From Allobaculum fili (lineage in GTDB: Bacteria > Bacillota_I > Bacilli_A > Erysipelotrichales > Erysipelotrichaceae), in assembly GCF_020969955.1 (NCBI RefSeq), contig NZ_JAHDSX010000027.1, positions 1-32,000 of the forward strand: a stretch of DNA of 32,000 nucleotides, written 5' to 3'. The position numbers and the translations under genes were made by a program. Shown one piece after another: positions 1 through 8,230 of this stretch (position 1 is the first letter of the stretch; each line of letters begins with the position of its first letter). A model generated the notes under the pieces. It was not told the DNA's origin and ran no database searches. It worked only from the letters and a program-made list of their open reading frames with translations.

Positions 1-402
1 CTGAAAGTGATCAGCGAAAGAACGTCGATTAGAAAGTGTCCGCAATTAGGGAACAGATCAAAACGATCGTCCAGTAGTTGGGGTCGCTGCTAATCGGGTG
101 TCCTTGGAATAGGTTGACTCTAAAAAAATTGTCCACTTTCTGGGGTACAGTTTACCATCTGCCAGGAGCACGGTCTTTGTGAAAATATATCTTCTCTTTG
201 TGATTTTAAGTCCTTTATAAAGCAATAAAACATGCGGAAATGATAATAAAAACAATGTACAAATTATTTTTCAGAAAACTCTTACATTTTTAAAAACTGT
301 TTTCGAAAAACCGATTCTGAAATAATGAAGGAAAGAGATTTTATGCAACAGCCGCTCCCGCCCGGGCATCCAACCGAGGGAGACACGTCGTGACAGTATA
401 TA

Positions 403-442
403 TATGGATGAGAACTTCAAACTATGGATGAGAACTTCAAAC
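403..442. repeat. Perfect tandem duplication of a 20-bp unit (TATGGATGAGAACTTCAAAC x2)
   Basis: Read directly: 403-422 and 423-442 are identical. It lies in a ~580-nt region with no convincing CDS, upstream of the 583 gene. Confidence 0.9.
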
Positions 443-582
443 GAAAAAGTGATTTTTAAAGAAAACGCCCAGATCTGGCTTTCGATGTCCAAGCCCGCCA
501 GAAGGTATGTCTTACGGCAGGAGCAAGCACAGTTTCTGCGGCGAGTAATCCATACGACTGTATGCAGGCAAGGAGGAAGGGT

Positions 583-936
583 ATGAATTTTGCAGACTGG
601 ATTGTAATTCTGATTCTGGTCATTCTGGCGATTGCCGGATTCAGGAATGCAAAAAAAAGACCGGACTGTACTGGCGACTGCATGAACTGCAAATCGTCCT
701 GCTCGCCGCACGACGAAAAAACGCCGGCTTTTGTGGACCGCTACTACAGGCGGCAGGCCGCAAAAGGAAAGAAAGCGGGACGATCGGATTCATATACAGA
801 TGCCCGGCTTTCAAATAAGCGGACTGTTTCCAGAGCGCAGGCTATGCAGGCGCTGGCCAAAGATTCCACCGAGAGCGAGAGCGCGCCTGAGGGCGCATCG
901 AAGCCGGCAGGCGATTTGGACAGAAATCTGCAGTAA
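583..936 (+). CDS. Small Cys-rich membrane protein, FeoB-associated-like N-terminus with a long charged C-terminal tail
   Basis: ORF 562..936. The internal ATG at 583 is preceded by AGGAGGAAGG (571-580). MNFADWIVILILVILAIAGF (one TM helix) followed by KKRPDCTGDCMNCKSSC fits the FeoB-associated Cys-rich membrane protein pattern. The remaining ~75 aa are K/R/A/S-rich low complexity. No feoB is present in the window. Confidence 0.6.
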   Translation: MNFADWIVILILVILAIAGFRNAKKRPDCTGDCMNCKSSCSPHDEKTPAFVDRYYRRQAAKGKKAGRSDSYTDARLSNKRTVSRAQAMQALAKDSTESESAPEGASKPAGDLDRNLQ

Positions 937-1082
937 GTCAGTATCTGTCCGCATACGCCTCAAACCGAAAAGTTTCGAGACGACCCGGTTTCGGGTTCGA
1001 AGCCGGATCGGTAACGATGAGAAATAGAAATACGATACATATAGAAAATATGAAAGAAAAACACGGAAAAGGAGCAGGGGAT

Positions 1083-2360
1083 ATGAGTGATCCAAAAACG
1101 AAAACCAATCCAGGCAAACGGGAAGAGCAGCTGAACCGTCTGGCTAATGCCGCTGTGCATGCGGGCGTGAAAGTTCAGCCGGGACAGCTGGTCATCATCC
1201 GCGCGGAAACGGAAATGCGCGATCTGGTCCATGCCATCTCCCGAAAAGCCTGGAACGCCGGTGCCGGCGATGTGCAGGTGTTCTGGAGCGATGAAGAATT
1301 AAGCCGTCAGTTTTACACGCACGCCAAAGACGATGTTCTGGAAACCATTCCGGAATGGATGAGCGTTCGCTACGAAGAAGCGGCGCGAAAAGGTGCGTGC
1401 TTCATTGCGCTCGACGGCGATGATCCGGACGGATTCAAGGATGTAGATCCGCGCAAAATGACCCGCCGTTCGCTGGCGATGCGAAAGAAAACGCAGCTCT
1501 ATCGTTCCGGCATTGACGAAGGAAAAATCGCCTGGACTGTTATTCCCTGCGCGACGAAAGCCTGGGCGAAAAAAGTCTATCCCGAATGCGACGAAGAAGA
1601 AGCGGTGAATCGTCTGTGGGACGATCTGATGTCCATTTGCCGGATTGAAGACGACGGACGCGAAGCGTGGGAAACCCATACAGCCAGTCTCGAGAGAAAA
1701 GCTGCGCGCCTTAACGAAAGAGGCTATAAAAAATTTCACTACACCTCTTCGAACGGGACCGATCTCTGGGTCGATCTGGTCGATGGCTCGATTTTTGTCG
1801 GCGGGGATACGAAACTCGCCAGCGGGCTGTCCATCAGCTGCAACATTCCGACTGAAGAAATCTTTTCGACCCCGCTGAAAACCGGCGTCAACGGTACGCT
1901 GGAAGCCGTGATGCCGCTCAACTGGAACGGCATGCGCATCGACGGTTTCGGCTTTACGTTTCAGGACGGCAAAGTTATCGATTTCCATGCCAGAGAAGGA
2001 TACGAGAGTCTGAAAGCCCTGCTGGAAAGCGACCCGAACGGCAAATACTTAGGCGAAATCGCGATTGTCGATAAAACTTCGCCGATCCGTCAGAAAAACC
2101 GGATTTACTACAATACACTGCTCGATGAAAATGCCGCCTGCCATTTTGCCTTTGGTCAGTCGTACATGGAAACATTGCCCGCACTCGAGGGTGCATCTTG
2201 TGAAGAACTGGAAGCGCACGGCATGAATCAGTCGGATATTCACGTTGATTTCATGGTCGGAGCCGAAGATCTGCACATTACCGGGGTACGCGCGGATGGA
2301 ACAGAAGAGGATGTGTTTGTCAACGGCCGCTTTTCGCCGTCGTTTGACCGTATTGCTTAA
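1083..2360 (+). CDS. Aminopeptidase, peptidase family M29 (AmpS/PepS-like)
   Basis: ORF 1017..2360. The ATG at 1083 has AAGGAG 8 nt upstream. The translation (LANAAVHAGVKVQPGQLVIIRAE..., ...CNIPTEEIFSTP..., ...HFAFGQSY..., DIHVDFMVG) looks like thermophilic-type M29 aminopeptidases, and the ~425-aa length fits. Confidence 0.85.
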   Translation: MSDPKTKTNPGKREEQLNRLANAAVHAGVKVQPGQLVIIRAETEMRDLVHAISRKAWNAGAGDVQVFWSDEELSRQFYTHAKDDVLETIPEWMSVRYEEAARKGACFIALDGDDPDGFKDVDPRKMTRRSLAMRKKTQLYRSGIDEGKIAWTVIPCATKAWAKKVYPECDEEEAVNRLWDDLMSICRIEDDGREAWETHTASLERKAARLNERGYKKFHYTSSNGTDLWVDLVDGSIFVGGDTKLASGLSISCNIPTEEIFSTPLKTGVNGTLEAVMPLNWNGMRIDGFGFTFQDGKVIDFHAREGYESLKALLESDPNGKYLGEIAIVDKTSPIRQKNRIYYNTLLDENAACHFAFGQSYMETLPALEGASCEELEAHGMNQSDIHVDFMVGAEDLHITGVRADGTEEDVFVNGRFSPSFDRIA

Positions 2361-2408
2361 TTATGGTTAGAATGGAACGAAAGGCTCAGGGTTCATCCTG
2401 AGAACAAG

Positions 2409-4205
2409 GTGATGAGCATGTCCGAAGAACAGAACAAAATCGAAGAAACCGTTTCTGAATCCGCAGCTGCAGAAAACGCAGAACCCTCCACTTTGCAGGA
2501 TGAAAACACGACGGCTTCCTCGAATACGGCATCACAGCCGGAAGAATTTGTCATTCATTCCACAATCGTAAAAGAAACCGCTATGGAAGAAGAGCCGGCC
2601 GAATCCGCCAAAGAAACGGAAAAGAACGCGGCGCCGGAAGACGATGGGATTTTTTCCGATCTGCTTCGCGATGCCCCGATTTCTTCTTTGAATATTGAAG
2701 AACCTGAATTTGGAACGTTCGATGTCAACGCGGCTTTAGAAGAAGCGCGTACGATTACGAAAAAGCCAAAGAAAAAAGGCAGCCGCTTAGGCAAGCGTCT
2801 GCGCCAGACGTTTGGGGCCTCCAAACCGGAAGATGAAAGTACCCCGAAGGAAAAACCGGAAGAAAAGCCAGCGGAAGAAGCCAAACCAAAAATCGAAGAA
2901 ACACCCGCTGAAACGCCGGTAAAAGAAGAAATTTTACCGATGTTCATGCCGGAATCTTCTTCGCGCAAGGAAAGCACGGCTGCAGCCCGTCAGGCGAGCA
3001 CCGAAAGCTTTTATTCGAATCTCGAAAGCATGGAAGATCTGATTTCAAACGATCCCCATAAAGCCAAGCCGGGCGACGGACTGAATCCGGAAGTGGAAAA
3101 AGAGCTTAGCTTTGAAGAACTCGTCAATTCCAATGAGCTGTTTGGCAATGAGAAAAAGCCGACCAGCTTCAGTGAACTGCTCCATTCCGGCTTTGGACAG
3201 CCGGAAACGGAAATCGCGGAAGAAGACATTCTGGTTCATACCGAAAAGGATAAAAACAGCGAAGCCGAACTCGCAAAAACCGCCGCTGCCGATCCTGCGG
3301 ATGCGCCGGTTGTGATCGGCCGTACCCACTCCATGCCTTCCCTGACCGATCAGGTCCGGGAGATGGAAGAGCAGAAAAAGGCGGAAAAAGAGCGAAAAGC
3401 CAAAGAACGTGCTGCCGCAGCCGCCAAACGGGAAGCCGAGCGCAAGCGTAAAGAGGAAGAAGACAACGCTGTTTACGATCCAAAGGCATCGCTAGTCGAT
3501 GACTACCGCTACGACGAATACCTCGATAAGAAGCGCTTCCTGCTTTCCGACTACAAGAAAACCGAAGAATACCTCAACACCCAGTCCCGTCAGGGCTTCC
3601 ACTACGTTCACCATGAAGGCAAGAAGTTCTACTTTATCAAAGGCAAACCGCACGATTTCTATTACAAGATTCTCTACTTTGCCAAGGAACCTTCCGATGA
3701 ATACTGGGATTCTCTGGAAGAAGAAGGCTGGAAAGAAATCGATACGTCTCCAAGCCGCAACAAGCGCGACGCGGGCTGGTACGTTGTCCGCAATGAACGC
3801 AAGGACGGCGACCTGACAAAAGTCATTGAAAACGAAGCCGAGAAATATCGCTATTTCACGAAATTTTCCTCGTCCTGCCGCTCGACTATGTTCCTGCTCT
3901 TTGTGGTTATGGTCTGCTCGGCGGTATCCCTGTTCTTCCAGTGGTGGTTCAAGGGATTCAAGGCCGTCATGATCGCTTCGGCGGTCCTGTTTGTCATCGC
4001 GCTCTGGGTATTCCTGGTGTATGCACGACTTCTCAATAAGTCGCGCAAACAGGCATCCCTGCTGGCCGCAAGACTGCGTCTGGCGGAAAACGATCCAAAG
4101 TATAAAGCCATGCTTCATGCCAAGGATACCGACGAAGAACTCGAAGAAGCCTGGGATGCCATCGACGCCAGAGAAGACGACGAAGACGATGAGGATGACA
4201 AGTAA
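2409..4205 (+). CDS. DUF2812 domain-containing membrane protein with ~360-aa acidic/low-complexity N-terminal extension
   Basis: The C-terminal ~230 aa (DYKKTEEYLNTQSRQGFHYVHHEGKKFYFIKGKP..YYKILYF....EYWDSLEEEGWKEI.., then two TM helices FLLFVVMVCSAVSLFF and VMIASAVLFVIALWVFLVY) match the DUF2812 pattern. The N-terminal part is E/K/P/A-rich. The exact start is uncertain (GTG 2409, ATG 2412 or ATG 2418). Confidence 0.8.
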   Translation: MMSMSEEQNKIEETVSESAAAENAEPSTLQDENTTASSNTASQPEEFVIHSTIVKETAMEEEPAESAKETEKNAAPEDDGIFSDLLRDAPISSLNIEEPEFGTFDVNAALEEARTITKKPKKKGSRLGKRLRQTFGASKPEDESTPKEKPEEKPAEEAKPKIEETPAETPVKEEILPMFMPESSSRKESTAAARQASTESFYSNLESMEDLISNDPHKAKPGDGLNPEVEKELSFEELVNSNELFGNEKKPTSFSELLHSGFGQPETEIAEEDILVHTEKDKNSEAELAKTAAADPADAPVVIGRTHSMPSLTDQVREMEEQKKAEKERKAKERAAAAAKREAERKRKEEEDNAVYDPKASLVDDYRYDEYLDKKRFLLSDYKKTEEYLNTQSRQGFHYVHHEGKKFYFIKGKPHDFYYKILYFAKEPSDEYWDSLEEEGWKEIDTSPSRNKRDAGWYVVRNERKDGDLTKVIENEAEKYRYFTKFSSSCRSTMFLLFVVMVCSAVSLFFQWWFKGFKAVMIASAVLFVIALWVFLVYARLLNKSRKQASLLAARLRLAENDPKYKAMLHAKDTDEELEEAWDAIDAREDDEDDEDDK

Positions 4206-4240
4206 TCCAAATTGGATGTATTAAATTCGACAATTAACAC

Positions 4241-4295
4241 AAAAGACCTCTTTTCTGCTTACGTGTCTGCGCACGTGAGCGAAAGAGGTCTTTTT
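4241..4295. terminator. Bidirectional intrinsic terminator between convergent genes
   Basis: AAAGACCTCTTT (4242-4253) pairs with AAAGAGGTCTTT (4282-4293). It is flanked by A-run/T-run, and an inner ACGTG/CACGT hairpin is present. Confidence 0.6.
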
Positions 4296-4373
4296 CAGTA
4301 CTGGGCAGTCGCAGATCCTTTCTTTATTGCGGATCGCGTTTCGATTCGGACAGAGGAAAGGGAACGCAGCGGG

Positions 4374-4895
4374 CTATTCGCTTTTCAGTTCGGCCGGCAG
4401 CTGCAGAACGCCTTTTTCCTGAAGCTCGGCAACCGTCTGTTCCATGACCTGAGCGGCCAGAGTCACCGTCTTGAGACAGCGCTCTTCTTTGGAATGATGA
4501 AGCATTTTGCATTTGGCACACTGCGTATCGCCGACATGATTTTTAAAGTTTCGAACGAGGGCTGCCTGACTGGCGCGCAGCGGTTCGCAAAGATGCGCCT
4601 TGTCTTCAACGAGAAGGCAGGAAAGCGCGGCGTTGCAGGCGCACAGCGCGCCGCATACGTTGCCGGTATACAGACCGGAACCAAAGCCGGACATGAGAAT
4701 GGATGCCTGCTTTCTGGGCAGACCAAGCTGGTAAACTTCATCGCAGGCCAGAATCAGCGTTTCGGCACAGTTGGTGTTTTCGCAGAGATAAATGCGGCGA
4801 ACGGTTTCTTCAAGGGAGGGTAATGACATATGCAATATGCCGCACGCAGACGCAAATGCGGCTTTTCCTTTCTTTTTCACATCGCGTTTTTTCAT
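4374..4895 (-). CDS. C_GCAxxG_C_C family (putative redox-active) protein
   Basis: ORF 4374..5066. The motifs NCAETLILA, GFGSGLYTGNVCGALCACNAAL and CAKC are typical of the C-GCAxxG-C-C family. The start is placed at the second of two adjacent ATGs (MKKRDV), which has AGAGGA upstream. The 55 codons upstream in the ORF track look non-coding. Confidence 0.75.
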   Translation of the reverse strand: MKKRDVKKKGKAAFASACGILHMSLPSLEETVRRIYLCENTNCAETLILACDEVYQLGLPRKQASILMSGFGSGLYTGNVCGALCACNAALSCLLVEDKAHLCEPLRASQAALVRNFKNHVGDTQCAKCKMLHHSKEERCLKTVTLAAQVMEQTVAELQEKGVLQLPAELKSE

Positions 4896-5118
4896 CGACA
4901 TTCCTCTGAAAAACTCTTCAGGAAAGCCGAGAATGCAAATTTTCTGGTTTGCCAGGCGATGTATTGGAAGTATACCGGATTCAGGTGCTTTTTGATCCAA
5001 TCCTGTCCATATGGACGCAAATTCGTCCGGTTTCTTTGCGCCGGATGCTTTAGCCGTTAGAATCACTGAAGTGTTCCTTTCGGATGCAGAGATGAGGAAC
5101 AGAGAAAAGAGAGGAAGT

Positions 5119-5613
5119 ATGAATTCAAAACCGATGAAGGAAGAAATGGACAGTCTTGCGGGGGAACTTCTTGATCAGGAAGTTCTGATGGTCCTGCCAA
5201 AGCGGGTCATCCATCAGGAAAGCCCGCTTCCTGATGACTGGAATGTGGACTGGATCGATCAAAGCGCGATCCTGAAAAACGGAGAAGAAATCATCGCCGA
5301 AGCCCGGCTGACGGACGCCGATGACTTTGGCTTTCTGCGCCCGGCGATCTGCTTTGAAATGAGCGGGGAAAAAGAAGACGTGATGAAGGCGTTCGAATCG
5401 CTGATCAGCCGGCTTGCACTCGACTATGAGAAAACGCCATCCCGCAATCCGCTTTACATTAAGCTGAGTGCCCAGGATCTGGAACTGATCGCGAAGGCGA
5501 GCCGGATGGGCTTTATTTCCTATTTTGGGGAGTGGAAACAGGCCGATCCGGATGAATCGGAAGCGCTGTGGATCCAGATCACCGAAGATCTGCGCCGCCG
5601 TTTTCCTGGATAA
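5119..5613 (+). CDS. Hypothetical acidic cytoplasmic protein
   Basis: ORF 5011..5613. The ATG at 5119 is preceded by GAGAGGAAG. Codon usage resembles neighbouring genes and a terminator follows. I recognise no family. Confidence 0.55.
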   Translation: MNSKPMKEEMDSLAGELLDQEVLMVLPKRVIHQESPLPDDWNVDWIDQSAILKNGEEIIAEARLTDADDFGFLRPAICFEMSGEKEDVMKAFESLISRLALDYEKTPSRNPLYIKLSAQDLELIAKASRMGFISYFGEWKQADPDESEALWIQITEDLRRRFPG

Positions 5614-5641
5614 TCCCAAATCGACGCAGAAAGAAATGGAC

Positions 5642-5678
5642 GCTGTCTTTGTCTGCCCAGACAAGAGCAGCTTTTTTT
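5642..5678 (+). terminator. Intrinsic terminator after the 5119-5613 gene
   Basis: The stem is GCTGTCTTTGTCT / AGACAAGAGCAGC with a GCCC loop, followed by TTTTTTT (5672-5678). Confidence 0.6.
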
Positions 5679-5719
5679 CTGCGCGAACGATTTGAGGAGA
5701 GTCGGTGAAAAGTACCAGA

Positions 5720-5757
5720 CAGAAAGAAACCCGGCACCTTCAGGAAGCTGCCGGGTC
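5720..5757 (-). terminator. Intrinsic terminator downstream of marR
   Basis: ACCCGGC (5729-5735) pairs with GCCGGGT (5750-5756). On the minus strand it is followed by a T-rich run (TTCTTTCTG). Confidence 0.5.
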
Positions 5758-5874
5758 TGTATTGGTTCTGTAAAGGAAAAACAAACGAGCTAAGCCCGAA
5801 AAGTACAGGCTGCGCACAGATTGAACAAAGAAATGTCCGATACTGGGGCGTCCCCAAGATGGAATGCGGAACAA

Positions 5875-6387
5875 TTATTCGTCCGAATCGGACTTGATCG
5901 TATCCAGAAGACGTTTCATTTCGCTCTGGAAAGTAAGGGTATAGGCATGAATCGAATCGAGCATGGCTCTGGCCTGCTCTGGATCGAGCGAGGCAAAGGC
6001 ATTGGTCTCCGCCTGATGAATGCCTGCCAGTACCGGATGGAATTTTTTCCGGCCCGCTTGAGTCAGTTTGACGCCTTTGGCTTTCTGGGAGCCGGGAATC
6101 GGTACGAAGTCAATCCATCCTTTTCGGTTCATTTTGGACAGCGCGGAATTCAGAGTCTGGACCGGGATGTGAATGCGTCTGGCGATGTCGGCCTGACATA
6201 AAGGAGGATCGGCATCGAACACCTCGAGCAGAACCCACAGCTCATTTTCCGTAATCTGAAGCGTTTTGGCAGCCGTAAGGTACGTAGCCCAGTTGTCCGA
6301 TTCAAGATCGACAAGTTCGTTATACAGCTCCGGCGCACAGCGTCCGTTTTTCGCTGGGATACTGCTGCGCTTTTTCGTATCATCCAT
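5875..6387 (-). CDS. MarR family transcriptional regulator
   Basis: The 170-aa translation has a winged-helix region typical of MarR (ITENELWVLLEVF...LCQADIARRIHIPVQTLNSALSKMNRKGWI....D.R...V.LT.AG). GAGGAA lies 7 nt before the ATG. Confidence 0.85.
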   Translation of the reverse strand: MDDTKKRSSIPAKNGRCAPELYNELVDLESDNWATYLTAAKTLQITENELWVLLEVFDADPPLCQADIARRIHIPVQTLNSALSKMNRKGWIDFVPIPGSQKAKGVKLTQAGRKKFHPVLAGIHQAETNAFASLDPEQARAMLDSIHAYTLTFQSEMKRLLDTIKSDSDE

Positions 6388-6565
6388 GACTCATTTCCTC
6401 GCTTAGGACCAGATTTGGCAGTTACATTCGATGCCGTCTTCCGGATCAGGCAGGAAGCGGAATTTTTCAAACTTCGATTGTCTGGCATCATATCGGTCTG
6501 GTCTTCTTCCAGTTTACCATTGTCGCGGGAGCCCAAAACGAGCGGCGTCTCCAGCCGGATGCGTT

Positions 6566-7968
6566 TTAGATCGCATGGGCGTTGGGCTCCATCGGGCCGG
6601 ATTTCTGTTCATGCGAGAAATAGCCGTATTTCTTACGGCAAAGGCAGAGCAGAAGAAATGCGGTAAGCATCGCCATGGCTTCGGCACACGGCATGGAAAA
6701 CCAGATGCCGTCGACACCCCAGACGGCTGTGAAAATCAGAATGAAACCGACCTGGAACACCAGCGAGCGTACGACGGAAATGATGGCCGAAACCGGACCG
6801 TCATTGAGCGCGGTAAAGAAGCCGGATCCAAAAATCGAAAAGCTGGAAAACAGGAACACAGGCGAGAAGATGTTAAACGCCTGAATCGTAAGGGCCATCA
6901 GTTCGGGATCGTAACCCGCAAAAAGACGGGCAAGCGGGGCAGCCAGCAGTTCGGTGGAAAGAAACATGCCCACAGATCCCACGGCCACAATCCACAGCGA
7001 TTTACGGGTAAGGCTGGCGAGCTCCTGCTTATCGCCCCGTCCATACTGACAGGAGACGAGCGGCGCGCAGCCGACGGTATAGCCCATGGAAACGGCCATG
7101 AAAATCATCGATACGTACATCACGTTCCATACACCGCTACGCCGTCTTCACCGGCAAACCGCATAAGCTGATAGTTGTACAAAATGGAAATCAGAGAAGA
7201 CGCGCAATTGGAAAACAGCTCGGAAATTCCATTCAAAGCCGCCTGTCCAAATTCCTTAAGGCGAATGCGGCTGGCCGTAAAGTAAAGAACTTTGTCCTCT
7301 TTCAAACGAAACGGTTTTTTCGCGGGAGAAAGAAAGCAGAGGATTGAAAGCGCAGCGCAGAGCAGCTGTCCAAGGGCAGTGGCGATCGCTGCACCAGGAG
7401 CACCCCAGCCCAGAACGCCCACAAAAAGAACGTCCTGCACAATGTTGAGCATGCCTCCCGCAAACGTGACCGCGAATCCGGCCTGCGGAATTCCGGCGGT
7501 TACGAAGATGCTCTGAAAGTACATCTGAATCATGTAGAGCGGAAGAGAAAGCTGAAGAATGGATCCGTACTGCAAAGCGTAAGGCATCATCTGTTCGCTG
7601 CAGTCCATCCATTCCAGCAATGGCCGCAAAAAGACCAAGCCAAGAACGGACAGGATCATTCCGAGAATCACCGTGGCTGTGAGCAGACTCGTCATCTGCT
7701 TTCTGGCTTTTTGGGGATTCTGTTCGCCGAGCGTCTTGCCGACCAGGACGGAAGAACCGGCGCCCATCATAAAGTCGAAACTGGCGAGAATCATGAGAAC
7801 CGGCATGATGAAATTGACTGCCGCAAAAGCGGTTTTGCCGGCAACGCTGGATAGGAAATAGCCGTCTACGACGCCATAGATCGATGTGAAAACCATGACA
7901 AGAATCGTGGGAAGCGTGAAGCGCAGCAGCTTTGGAATCGAATAGTGCTGCGCAAGCGTGTTCGTCAT
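6566..7968 (-). pseudogene. MATE family efflux transporter, interrupted by a -1 frameshift (fragments 7120..7968 and 6566..7123)
   Basis: The two adjacent ORFs (282 aa and 185 aa) together give a normal ~465-aa MATE protein: the N-terminal part reads like MATE TM1-8 and the C-terminal part like TM9-12. On the coding strand the junction reads GTG TAT GGA ACG TGA in the upstream frame, and continues as GTG ATG TAC GTA TCG ATG ATT in the -1 frame. AGGAGG lies before the ATG at 7968. Confidence 0.7.
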
Positions 7969-7987
7969 ATAAACCTCCTAAAATTTA

Positions 7988-8036
7988 TCCGAAATCGGAC
8001 AAAATAGAATATATCCGATATCGGATAAAATGTTAA
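7988..8036 (-). promoter_or_regulatory. Sigma-70-type promoter of the MATE-marR unit with two palindromic operator-like sites
   Basis: On the minus strand: TTAACA (8031-8036), a 17-nt spacer, then TATATT (8008-8013). The perfect 16-bp palindrome TATCCGATATCGGATA (8012-8027) fills the spacer. A second site, TCCGAAATCGGA (7988-7999), sits between the -10 and the RBS. Confidence 0.6.
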
Positions 8037-8155
8037 GGCAGAGGGATCTTCCAAAATTTCACATAGTCTTTCTGAAGCGCGAAAATCCGCTGCGGCAGGT
8101 GAAGACAGCGTTTCTTTGCTTCTGCGTTTATTCGATCTGCTCAATCAGGCGAAGA

Positions 8156-8191
8156 CGAAAAAACGCCGGAAATTGGCAAATTTCCGGCGCG
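8156..8191 (-). terminator. Intrinsic terminator downstream of DAHP synthase gene
   Basis: CGCCGGAAATT (8164-8174) pairs with AATTTCCGGCG (8179-8189) around a GGCA loop. On the minus strand it is followed by TTTTTT. Confidence 0.8.
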
Positions 8192-8230
8192 ATTTTTGTT
8201 TGGCAGGCAGAATGCCTGGAAAACATCGGC

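Noticed and set aside
58-711. ORFs 58-255 (-), 271-711 (-), 404-586 (+) and 456-692 (-) in the left-hand region
   Set aside because: They are mutually overlapping, with odd composition (C/R/F-rich) and no RBS. 404-586 is built across the 20-bp tandem duplication and runs into the RBS of the 583 gene.
985-1010. tRNA-like T-loop sequence GGGTTCGAAGCC
   Set aside because: The flanking bases do not form a T-stem. No acceptor, D or anticodon arms can be drawn in the surrounding ~80 nt on either strand.
7120-7123. GTGA stop/start overlap as evidence for a natural, translationally coupled two-gene MATE
   Set aside because: The split falls inside the second six-helix bundle rather than between bundles. 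The two frames join seamlessly into one conserved MATE sequence (…AVYG-x-VMYV…), so a frameshift is more parsimonious. This is kept as an alternative in the finding.
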